This document shows positions 35,733 through 45,700 of a stretch of DNA of 64,000 bases, piece by piece (the first letter of the stretch is position 1; every line of letters begins with the position of its first letter). Under the pieces are notes generated by a model. The model was not told where the DNA came from and made no database searches. It saw only the letters and a list, made by a program, of their open reading frames with translations. Both the position numbers and the translations under genes were made by a program. The DNA is from a virus. The DNA lies in IMG/VR virus record IMGVR_UViG_3300043179_000057, positions 1,601 to 65,600 of that record. The stretch is one strand, 5' to 3'.

Positions 35733-37562
35733 CTAGTCCCCCTCCCTGGCCGCCGCCATCTCGGCGTCCACGTCGTCCCCGGCCCATACCTGGACCTTGT
35801 CGGACAGCTTGTCGGCTCCCTCGGCCGGGAGGCCCTCCCCGCCCAGGCCGCGGTCCCCGGGGTAGACGACCTGCTTGTCCACCCGGACGCCGCCCGCCGC
35901 CACCTCGTCCACCATGCGCGACGCGGCAACCCGCCCGCTGCTGGAGGCGGTCACGTAGGCCGCTCCGGCGTTCGGTGGGTCGTCCGGGACGAACGACGCC
36001 CGCCCGCTCAGGAGGACCACTCGGTCCCCCTCTCGTACGTCCTCCGGGAAGGTGAAGGACCCGTCCAGGCGCAGGCTGGACCCAGAGAGGCGGCCCAGGT
36101 ACCTCACCGGCCCCACCTGGTCGGCGTACCCGAAGCGGAAGACCAGCCACCCGGGCTCGTCCGGGAACCGGAGGGCGGGGTCGGGGTCGCCCGTGTCGTC
36201 CAGCTCCAGGGCGGCGTGGTGCCGGCCGGCGTCCAGGCGCGCCCCTACGTCCGCCCCGATCGAGGTGACGGGGAGGCTGCCCGAGGGGTCCAGAAGGTAT
36301 GGGCCCGGGTCGCCCGCCTGACCCTCGGGGGCGGCCTCGGGGGTGACGAAGTCGCCCTCCCCCTGGCCGGCGGCCTCGGAGTCGGGGGTCTCGTAGGTGA
36401 ACGAGGTGGCCGAGGGCGCCGACGCCACCCGCGCCTCCCGGGAGGCGCGACCGTCCAGGACGGTCTCGGCCGCGGGCACCAGGATGTGGCTGCGGTCTTG
36501 GCTACCCCCCGCGATCAGGACGACCTCGTCGTCGAACGCCACCAGGCGCATGTCGGTGGAGTCTGCGGACAGGGTGGCCACGCTGAGGCGCCAGCGGCCG
36601 GTCCTCAGGTCCAGGTAGGCGATCTGGAGGCCGCGAGCGATGTACAGGCGCTCCCGGCAGATGGCGACCTGGAATCGGGAGCCCTCAAGGAGGGCCTTGC
36701 CCCACGGCGCCCACAGGCCGGTGGAGGGGTCCCATACCTCCGGGTGTGGGGTCGGCCCGCCGTTGGGGCTGCCCCCCACGGCCAGGACCCGTCCGTCCGG
36801 CAGGGCCGTGACGGAGTGTAGGTAGCGGGCCCTCGCCATCCTGCCGGTGGTCGCCCAGGTGTCGGTGCCCGGGTCGTAGATTTCGCAGTGCGTAGTGACG
36901 GCAACCTGGTCGAACCCGCCCGTCACCAGGACGCGGCCGTCGGCCAGCTTGATCTGGCCGTGTCCGGCGCGGGCCATGGACATCGACGCCGCGTACGCCC
37001 AGGTCTCGGTCCCCGGGTCCCATACCTCGGTCGTACTCTGAAACGGGAATGCGAGGTGGAACCCCCCCGTGACGAAGACCCTGCCGTCGTCCAGGACGGT
37101 GGCGCGGTGCAGGGCTCGACGCTCGTTCATGTCGGCGAGGGGCGTGAAGACCAGGTCCTCCGCGGGCAGCAGCGTGTGGGTGACCAGGGTCGTCGTCTTC
37201 TGCGACACGCCGTAGGCGTCGTCGTCGGCGCCGCCGATCGCGAGGACGCTGCCCGCGTGGTCGTCGTCTACGAGCGCCACGGCCTGGGGGTGGACCCCGT
37301 GGCCGACGATGGGGTAGTCGGGCCGCTTCCAGGCGTACCCGTATCGAACCGAGCCGTCCGGCAGCTCGGTCCGGGACGTGACGGAGAAGAGGGTCGGTAC
37401 GTTGATGGTGGCGTTGTCGCTGGTGCGCCTCCCGCCGAGGACGAACAGGTAGCCCGACCCGAGCATGGCGACGTCGTACCAGTGGCCCTCGAATCCGGTG
37501 GTCGGGGTCGCGTAGCTGGCGAGGCTGGCGTCGGTGTCGCCCGTTACGGTGTTGATGGCCAT
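35733..37562 (-). CDS. Kelch-repeat baseplate protein (C-terminal part of a possibly split gene)
   Basis: RALHRATVLDDGRVFVTGG, ARAGHGQIKLADGRVLVTGG, ARYLHSVTALPDGRVLAVGG. Confidence 0.8.
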   Translation of the reverse strand: MAINTVTGDTDASLASYATPTTGFEGHWYDVAMLGSGYLFVLGGRRTSDNATINVPTLFSVTSRTELPDGSVRYGYAWKRPDYPIVGHGVHPQAVALVDDDHAGSVLAIGGADDDAYGVSQKTTTLVTHTLLPAEDLVFTPLADMNERRALHRATVLDDGRVFVTGGFHLAFPFQSTTEVWDPGTETWAYAASMSMARAGHGQIKLADGRVLVTGGFDQVAVTTHCEIYDPGTDTWATTGRMARARYLHSVTALPDGRVLAVGGSPNGGPTPHPEVWDPSTGLWAPWGKALLEGSRFQVAICRERLYIARGLQIAYLDLRTGRWRLSVATLSADSTDMRLVAFDDEVVLIAGGSQDRSHILVPAAETVLDGRASREARVASAPSATSFTYETPDSEAAGQGEGDFVTPEAAPEGQAGDPGPYLLDPSGSLPVTSIGADVGARLDAGRHHAALELDDTGDPDPALRFPDEPGWLVFRFGYADQVGPVRYLGRLSGSSLRLDGSFTFPEDVREGDRVVLLSGRASFVPDDPPNAGAAYVTASSSGRVAASRMVDEVAAGGVRVDKQVVYPGDRGLGGEGLPAEGADKLSDKVQVWAGDDVDAEMAAAREGD

Positions 37563-37563
37563 G

Positions 37564-39294
37564 CTAGATCACCTGCGTCCCCGGGCTGCCGCTGTCCGTC
37601 CCCGCCGACACCGGCGGCAGGTCGGGCCCGAACCTGACCCCATCCACGATCACCATGTCCCCCTCCTCCAGGCCGTGGGGCCCGACCGTCTCCACGGTCA
37701 CGATGCCCAGAGCCCTGGACACCTGGTCCACCTCGACGGCGTCGGCCACCTTCGGGTACGCCGCCCTCTTGGGGCCGCGGACGACCACCTGCGTGGTGAC
37801 CGGCAGCACGACCTCCAGGCGGTCGCTCGGGGCCTGCGTGACGACGGCCTGCCGGGCCTGGTCGTGCAGGGTGTTGAGGGTCGGTCGGAAGAAGACCAGG
37901 GAGTTGGCGCCGTACTGCGTGACGCCTAGCTGCGTGAAGGACAGGCGGTCCACCTCGAACCACTGGTCCAGGACGCCCCCGGGGTAGGTGACGCTGACCC
38001 GCGTGACCTCGTACGTGCCGCGTAGGTCCTCGTCGAACTCCTGCCCGTACACCAGGACGTAGTCGCCCTCCTGGACCAGGGATAGGTCGTAGGCGCTCGT
38101 CCCCTGGCTGGTGAAGCGCACCCTGCTCTGGGTGTCCGGGGAGGCGTCCACGTCCCACGAGCCGAACGGACCGACGATCCCCGGGAACAGCTCCAGGGGG
38201 AACCGGAGGGCGACCTGCGCCCTGCCGCCGGTCACCCGGACGGTGCTGCCGAGGCCGCGGGCGTCCGCGTAGAGGCGCACGTAGACGTCTCCGGTCGAGG
38301 GGTCGGCGGTGGTGACCGCCACGGCCCTGACGCCGGCCGAGGTGAGCGCTCGGTTGACCGCGGCCACGACCTCCGCCGCGGTCGCCAACGCGATGCGCCC
38401 GAAGTCCTCCCTCCGGAAGGTGACGGTGACCTCCCGGCTCTCCCCGAACAGGAGCGTCAGGGTGTCGTTGTCGCGCAGCTCGAACGGCTCGGACGCCCCG
38501 GTCGTGGTGGCGGCCCGGGTGGCGTCCATGCTGTAGAACACCTCCAGGACGTCGTTGAGGGCCTTGTGCGTCACCCGGTCGTTGGCCAGGGCCAGGCCCA
38601 GGCGCCGGAAGTCGCCGTCCCCCATGCCGACCTTGTCGGGCCGCCGCACCCCCACCTCCCCGGCCCGCCGATCGAGGAACTGCCCCGAGGCGCTGACCAG
38701 GTAGAGCTGGTCGGCCGCCAGCCTGGCGTTCTCGGAGTTGGTGTCGTCCCCGGACCCGATGGCCGCCAGCAGGGCGTCCCAGGCCGGCCCTTCGAGGGCC
38801 GGGTTGAGGTAGGTGCGAAGCGCCTCCGCCCCGCCGTCGTTCTCGGCGCCCCCGTCCAGGGGGGTCTGGGCGCCGATCTGGGTCACCAGGAACTCGGCCT
38901 GCCCCGGCGCCGTGAGCGGGGTGCCCAGGGGGGTCTCGATGGCCTCCGAGGCGTCCAGGGTCCACACCCCGGGCTCCAGGGGGACGTCCGTGAACAGGTA
39001 GATGAGGAACGGGTCCTCGGGCACGAACTGGGCGACCACCACGGTCGCCGCGGCCGGGCCGCTGAGGGAGTAGTTGGCCGGGTTGGTGGCGTCGTCCACC
39101 CCGGCCGGGTTCCAGGCCTTGGGGATCTTGGAGAACCGGACGGCGACGAGCGCCGGCCCCAGGGGCGAGGCCGACTCGACCAGGAAGTCGCCCGCCGGCT
39201 CGCCTCCGGGCTGGCCGAGGCCCATGGTGGTCAGCAGCGCGCTGAAGCTGCCGGTCCCGTCCGAGCCGAGGCCCCCTGTGATGAGGAACGGCAT
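37564..39294 (-). CDS. Baseplate wedge protein (N-terminal part)
   Basis: 576 aa; SASGQFLDRRAGEVGVRRP wedge-like motif; RBS AGGAGG. Confidence 0.7.
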   Translation of the reverse strand: MPFLITGGLGSDGTGSFSALLTTMGLGQPGGEPAGDFLVESASPLGPALVAVRFSKIPKAWNPAGVDDATNPANYSLSGPAAATVVVAQFVPEDPFLIYLFTDVPLEPGVWTLDASEAIETPLGTPLTAPGQAEFLVTQIGAQTPLDGGAENDGGAEALRTYLNPALEGPAWDALLAAIGSGDDTNSENARLAADQLYLVSASGQFLDRRAGEVGVRRPDKVGMGDGDFRRLGLALANDRVTHKALNDVLEVFYSMDATRAATTTGASEPFELRDNDTLTLLFGESREVTVTFRREDFGRIALATAAEVVAAVNRALTSAGVRAVAVTTADPSTGDVYVRLYADARGLGSTVRVTGGRAQVALRFPLELFPGIVGPFGSWDVDASPDTQSRVRFTSQGTSAYDLSLVQEGDYVLVYGQEFDEDLRGTYEVTRVSVTYPGGVLDQWFEVDRLSFTQLGVTQYGANSLVFFRPTLNTLHDQARQAVVTQAPSDRLEVVLPVTTQVVVRGPKRAAYPKVADAVEVDQVSRALGIVTVETVGPHGLEEGDMVIVDGVRFGPDLPPVSAGTDSGSPGTQVI

Positions 39295-39309
39295 CTCTGC
39301 CCTCCTCCG

Positions 39310-39768
39310 CTACACCGGCGTCTTGCGGTACGGGTTGACGGCCACCGGGTTGCCGTCCTCGTCGGCCAGGTCGAAGATGAGGAGCACGGTGGTGTCGTCG
39401 TCGTCGTAGACCACCAGTTGGTTGATGTACGGTCCGGTCGTGTGGATCTGCGTCTTGTTGGTCAGCACCTTGCGCACGACGGCTAGCTCGTCGTCGTTCC
39501 AGTCCTCGGGGCGCATGTACCGGCTGATGTGCCCGGGGGCCGAGCCCGTCCCGGTGTTGAGGACGTATACGATGCCACGCGCCGCGTCAGCAAAGACGGG
39601 GGTGAACTTGTAGGCGCCCCCGCCCACCTCGGTTATGGCGGGCTGAGCCAGGTCGGCCCCCAGGTCGTCCTTGTAGGCTACGAACGACATGTCGCCCGCG
39701 ATCCCCGTCCTCGGGGCCCCGGTAGACTCGTCGTACACGACGAAGCACTCTATCTTGGGGCTAGCCAT
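39310..39768 (-). CDS. Hypothetical structural protein
   Basis: 152 aa; late motif 7 nt upstream. Confidence 0.7.
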   Translation of the reverse strand: MASPKIECFVVYDESTGAPRTGIAGDMSFVAYKDDLGADLAQPAITEVGGGAYKFTPVFADAARGIVYVLNTGTGSAPGHISRYMRPEDWNDDELAVVRKVLTNKTQIHTTGPYINQLVVYDDDDTTVLLIFDLADEDGNPVAVNPYRKTPV

Positions 39769-39775
39769 CGCCTAA

Positions 39776-39783
39776 AAGATTGC
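39776..39783 (-). promoter_or_regulatory. Putative late promoter GCAATCTT
   Basis: Intergenic. Confidence 0.55.
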
Positions 39784-39788
39784 CCCCT

Positions 39789-42700
39789 CTACTCCGTCGT
39801 GAAGCTGACCAGGACGTCCCGGTCGAGATCGAGGACCAGGAGCTTCTCGTTGGCCGACACGGGGATCGAGTCGTTGCCCGAGTTGTACTGGGGGCTGAGG
39901 ACGGCCACCGCCGACACGCCCTGCACCGCCGCCGCCGACCGGACGACGTCCGACAGAGCGATCGAGCGACCGACGCCAGTCTGGTTGACCACCGACGCGA
40001 CCGCGCTCCTGACGCGGGTGGCCACGTCCGGGAGGGCGAAGCCGCTCAGGGTCCGGATCTGGAGAGACACCTGGACCCTCTTGACCACCGGGCCCTGCAC
40101 GATGACCTTGGCCCCGGCGGCCACGACGCCCGGGTAGGTGGCCGGGTCGGCCGGGTCGCCGTAGGCCACCCGGTTGGACTCCCCGACCAGGCCGACCGAG
40201 GCCTTGTAGCCGTCCACGCCCGGGACCACGTCGGTGGGGAACCCGAGCTTGTCCACCGGGGACAGGACCGTGCCTAGGCTCTCGCTGATCAGGCGGCTCA
40301 GCCTGCCGCTGGACATCCGGACGGTCGCGAAGGCGCCGTCGTTCTGGTCCGGGATGGCCGCGACGACCCGCTTCAGCAGCGTGGAGGGGGCGCCCTCCAC
40401 GACCAGGACCTTCTGGCTGTCGGCCCCCAGGGCGGCCGTGGGCGACCCCACCGGGGTCGGCCTGCGCGAGGCGACCGACACCTTGAGCTTGGTGCTGCTG
40501 ACGAACTGCGGGTCCGGGACACCGGCGTCAACGCCGACGGCCTCCACTACCCAGTCGCCGCGGTTGGCCGACCCGCCCCAGAGGTCGGTGGACACCGACA
40601 CCACGTCTCCCGGCATGACGCTGTCGTAGGAGTACCCGTAGATCCTGCACTCCGCCGTCTCCTCGACGCCCAGCTCGTTCTCGATCCAGACCGCCCCGCC
40701 GACCCCGGCGCCCTCTCCGTAGCGGATGACCCGGACCACCCGGTAGATGCCCTGGTTGGCCGAGGCCGCGACGTGCTCGGAGAGGTCGTCGAATGGGGTC
40801 GGGGCGGTGGGGACGGTGAAGCGGACGTAGTCGCCCTCGCTGAAGGTCATCACCTGCATGGCGCCGTCCCCGTTCAGGCCGGCCGGGTCGCTGACGACCA
40901 TGTAGCGACCCTGGCGCTCCCAGTGCAGGCGGACGTTGTCCTGGTTGAACATCTCCGTGTAGACGGGGGTGGACAGCTCCATGTAGCCGTCCGCGTCCCA
41001 CGAGTTCAGGACGGTGGACGAGGTGAAGATCCCGAGCTTGTGGGCGGGCAGGGAGTTGGCCGCCTCCACCCACGGGCTGGCCAGCAGCCCGGACACGTCC
41101 GCGCGACGCACCGTGGCGAAGCACTCGTCTATGGTGAGCGCCTCCTCCGCGGTGCCGTGGACGATGGCGCTGGCCGAGTTGGCCAGGCCGCCCTGCACCT
41201 GCACGCTGCCGATGGAGCCCAGGGTCTGGGTGGATACCTGTACGCGCCGCCCGCCGTCGGACTCCACGACCTCGCACGCCGTGAAGAGGCCGGAGACCGC
41301 CGGGGAGTTGAGCCAATCGACCACGTTGGCGACCGTGATCGGGCAGACCCGGAAGTCCTCGTTCGCGAGGTCGCTGTCGGTCGCCAGGGTGGCGTCGATG
41401 GGCCGCTTGAGCACGAACTCGTAGTCGTCCGTGATGAGGACCGGGTTGACCGTCCGCGACACCCAGTTGACGCCGTCAACCAGGTAGGCCCAGGCGCTGT
41501 CGTCCGTCTCGAACTCCACCAGGCTGGTGTCTATGGTCCCCAGGCCGCTCCCCAGAGCCACGGCCGTCACCGGGCACGTGCTGTCCTCGGCCGCCGCCAG
41601 GGCGTTCACGTCGGCCACGAAGGTGTTGGCGTCGTCGGCCGGGTTCTCGAACAGCTTGAAGTAGTCGGCCGAGTTCAGGGTGTGCCACGTGATGTTGGTC
41701 TGGATCGCGGTCGGCCCCGACTTGGCCTCGATGTACTGGTCGCCGAACCCGTAGACTCGGTGGGTGTAGGACTTGTAGGGCTCCGGCAGGCTGCTCTCGA
41801 ACTCGACCCGGACGAAGTCCCCGACGGCGATGCTCGAACCCTGCAGGGTGGCCTCGCCCTGGGGATCGAAGCTGACCGTGCCGATGTTGGGGTCGGCGGC
41901 CACGACGCCGGTGCCGAGGGCGATGTTGGTGAACTTGATGTCCTGGGTCGGACCTCCCGGGGCGCCCACGAAGCTGACGTTGAAGGTGCCGCTCGTCCAG
42001 TTCGGGCTGGCGCTCTCCAGGAAGAGGGTGTCCCCGATCGTGAAGCCGCAGTCGGTGACGGACGGGGGCAGGGTTAGGGTGAGGGTGGTCTCGTCGGCGC
42101 CGTCCCTGGACGCGTTGGCCACCGGCATGCCGAGGACGAGCAGGATGTCCACGACATCGTTGGTTGACGCGGTGGCCGCCACCCCTACCCGGGCGCTCGA
42201 CCGGACCGACGAGGTGGTCCTCCGGGGGCCGCCCTTCATCTGGATGTGGACGTTGCTGTAGTCGGTGCCGGTCTGGTTCTCTACGACGCACTCGACCTCG
42301 CTATCCGGGGCGTCCGGGTAGTTGACCCGCACCCGAGCCCGCTCGCCCGACGCGCCGTGCAGGTAGTACCTGAACATCATCGACCTGCTGGAGTCCGACG
42401 TGAAGGCCTTGCCGCGGGCCTTCATATACAGGACGAAGTCGTTGAAGTCGAACCCCAGGCCGAAGGCCGCCGCCAGGCTGGCGTTCCCGTTGTCGGCGTC
42501 CGTGAAGGCCATCTGGGACGAGTAGATGGCCCCCACCGCGGTGAGGCGTCGGAACATGTTGGCGGCGAAGCGCTTGGTCTCGACGTCCTCGTCCGCGACC
42601 ACGATGAGGTCGTCTTCCGGGCCCACGGCGTACGGGGCCGCCATGTACACGCGGTCGTACGGGAGCAGGCCGCCGTGCGGCGCTTCGCGCACCGACAGCA

Positions 42701-45700
42701 GGGCCACGTCGCCCTCGTAGACCACGTCGGCCAGGGTCGAGAAGAACCCGGCACTCCTGCCGTACCTGTGGAAGATGGTGCTGGAGTCGGTCGGCCGGCC
42801 GTCCCAGTGGTTGCGGGCGACCACCAGGAGGCGGTCGTACCCGACGTCCAGGTCGGGGTCCACGACGACCGAGCCGTCCGGGTCGGTCATGTTGACGCGC
42901 ACCGCCTCGACGGCCGCGGCGTCCACGCTGGGCACCTCCTCCAGGATCCGGCGGAGCTTGAAGTCAGGCGTGCCGACCCCCTCGGAGGCGGTCTCCACGC
43001 TGCCCACGTGGCCGGTGGTGTTGGCCCTTACCTCGCGCTCCAGGCCCGCCTCCTGAGCCGGCAGGTCGGCCGCGAAGACCGCCACGTCCCGGTCCTCGTC
43101 GTGGCTGTTGGTGGCCAGGCGCAGGCGGTGGGTGCGGTAGGTCGAGGCGGTCATGCCCACCGCCGCCTCGTCCAGGACCGAGGCGAAGGAGGTGGCCGTG
43201 TAGCTGACGGCCGCCGGGATGACCAGCTTCTGCAGGTAGCGCGTGGTCCTGCCGACGTCGAACCCGGTGTCGGGCAGGGTGAGCGAGCCGGAGGGCACGG
43301 GGTCGGTCGGGTACCAGAAGTCTCCGTCTCCGTCGTAGTGGAGGGCGGAGGCGGTAGGCCACCTGCGGAGGGGGTTGATGCCGCCCATCGTGATGACCTG
43401 GTTGAGGACCGTGGCCGGAAGGTCGTACAGCACCCCCATGGCGACCTCGTCCACGGAGAAAGCGTTCGAGACCGACGCGTTGGCGATCACGGTCCAGGTC
43501 GCCCCGTCCCAGCTCAGCGACTGCCCGACCGTGGCGTCTTCCCTGCCATGCAGGGCCAGGACGTTCCCGTTCTGGGTCTTGACGACCGTCTTGTTCTCGA
43601 ACGCAGGGGCGGTGCCCGGCAGGGCGATGTCGGCCCCCCAGCTATCCCCCGCGATGGTGTAGACCGAGTAGGTGCCGGTGTTGGCCCCCGCGCGGTCGTC
43701 TCCTACGGCCACGACCGTGGTGGGGGCCACGCCGACCGTGGACAGGCCGAAGGCCTTGCGGGCCGACGGCATAGGGTCGGTGACGGCCCAGCTAGGGCCG
43801 GCCGGGTCGAAGGTCTCGGTGGTCGCGGTCGAGCTGCCGCCGGTGGTCTCGCCCCCGGCCGCGAACACCTTGCCGCTCGGCAGCAGGCAGGCGCCGTGCT
43901 TTGCTCTGGCGACCGACATGGCCACGTTGGCGCTCCAGGTGTCGCCCACGGGGTTGAAGACCGCCGACTCGGTTCGGTAGGTGGACCCGTCCAGGCCGCC
44001 GGCCACCAGCACCCGGCCGTCGGCCAGCTTGGTGGCGCTGTGGTAGGCCACGGCTACCTGGTAGGCGGTCGCGGCCGCCCAGGTGTCGGTGCCGGGGGTG
44101 TATATCTCGGCGCTGGCTAGCGAGTTGCCGTCGGCGTCAACCCCTCCCACCACCAGCACCCGTCCGTCGTCCAGGGTGGTCGCGGTGTGGTACGCGCGGG
44201 CGACCGACATCGGGGCCGCCGCCGTCCACAGCTTGGTCGCGTGGTCGTAGAGCGTGCACGAGCTGGTCGGCCCGATCGGGACGCTTATGTCCGAGGTGGG
44301 GGCGATCCACCCCCCGGTCACCAGGACCTTGCTGGTGGCCACGCCGGTCGGCACCAGGACCGACATGGCGTGGCCCGCCCGGACTCCGCTGGTCGAGCGT
44401 CGGGCGACCTGCACCCAGTCCGGGGTCGATGCCTCCGTCCGGTACGCTCCCCGGAAGGTCGTTGGCCACGCGTCGTCCCACAGGACCAGCCAGTCCCCGG
44501 GGCGTATGTTCCCGAAGATGCCCCCGCCCACGTCGATGTTGGCGCGGTACCCCCAGTCGTGCACCACGAGCGCCGGGTTCAGGGTGAGGGATGCGGAAGC
44601 CCCGAGGCCGGTCTCGACCAGGGAGGACGAGCCGTCGGGCACGGCCCACAGGGCGCCGTCGTCGGCCAGCGTGACCGGAGCGATCTCCCCGGACTCCAGG
44701 AACGCCCGGTCGCTCCTGGTTCCCACCGACAGCCGGTCGCCCGAGGTCAGCGGGGACGACAGGTTGATCTGGCCTACGCTGCGGTCCAGCACGTAGTCGT
44801 TGGCGACCCCCTCCACCAGATCGACCGGGAACGCCCGGTTGTCCACCAGGGTGCCGCCCGTGACCTCCACCGAGGCGCCGTCGCTGAGGGAGCGGTTGGA
44901 GGTGATGTAGATCCTGGTCCCGTCGGTGCTGGCCGTGACCCCGGGCACCTTGATGTTGATGACGGCGACCCAGGCGGCGGGGGTGTTGCGCCCCAGGGCG
45001 ACGAACCCGGTGCCGGCGTTGACGAAGTCGGAGTCCGTGAAGGTGATGCTCATGGCCGGCGTGCCGTCCACCGCTATATCGAGAGTCTGGCTGCCGGCCA
45101 TCGTGTTCCACCCGCTGTGGGGGTGGGAGGCGAGGCGCGCCAGGCGCCCGTCCTTGCTCAGGAGGCGGTCGTTCCTGTACAGGCGCATCGTGGGGACGGC
45201 CCCCGCGGGGAAGGCCAGGACCTCGTTGGCGTCGGCCGCGTCCTCCGTGGCCACCACCTCGACGTCCTCCCCGGTCTCCCCGCGTCCGAAGACCACCACC
45301 CGCTGGCCGCCGTCGAGCGTCCTGGCCCCGAAGCCTAGGAGCTGGTTGGCGTTTATGGATGCGACCACCTCGTAGGCGGTGGCGGCGTCCGGGGACAGGA
45401 AGTCCGAGTCGGCGAAGGTGTGACGGTACACGGTGCCCCCGACCTCGACGGACAGGACGCTGGCGTCCCTGATCGTGTACGGCGCCTCGCTCTGGCTGAC
45501 CAGGAGGGCCTTGGCGACCGGGAAGGACTTGACCGCCACTTTCTCCTCTCCGCCCGAGGCGTTGTCGATGACCTGCTCCAGGGCGATGCCGGCGGCCCTC
45601 TCCTCGTACCCGGTGCCGTCGTCCACGACCAGGAGGGACGGGTTGACGCCCACCCCGCGCACGAACGAGGCCGAGGTGACGCGGCGCCCCTCGTCGGGAG

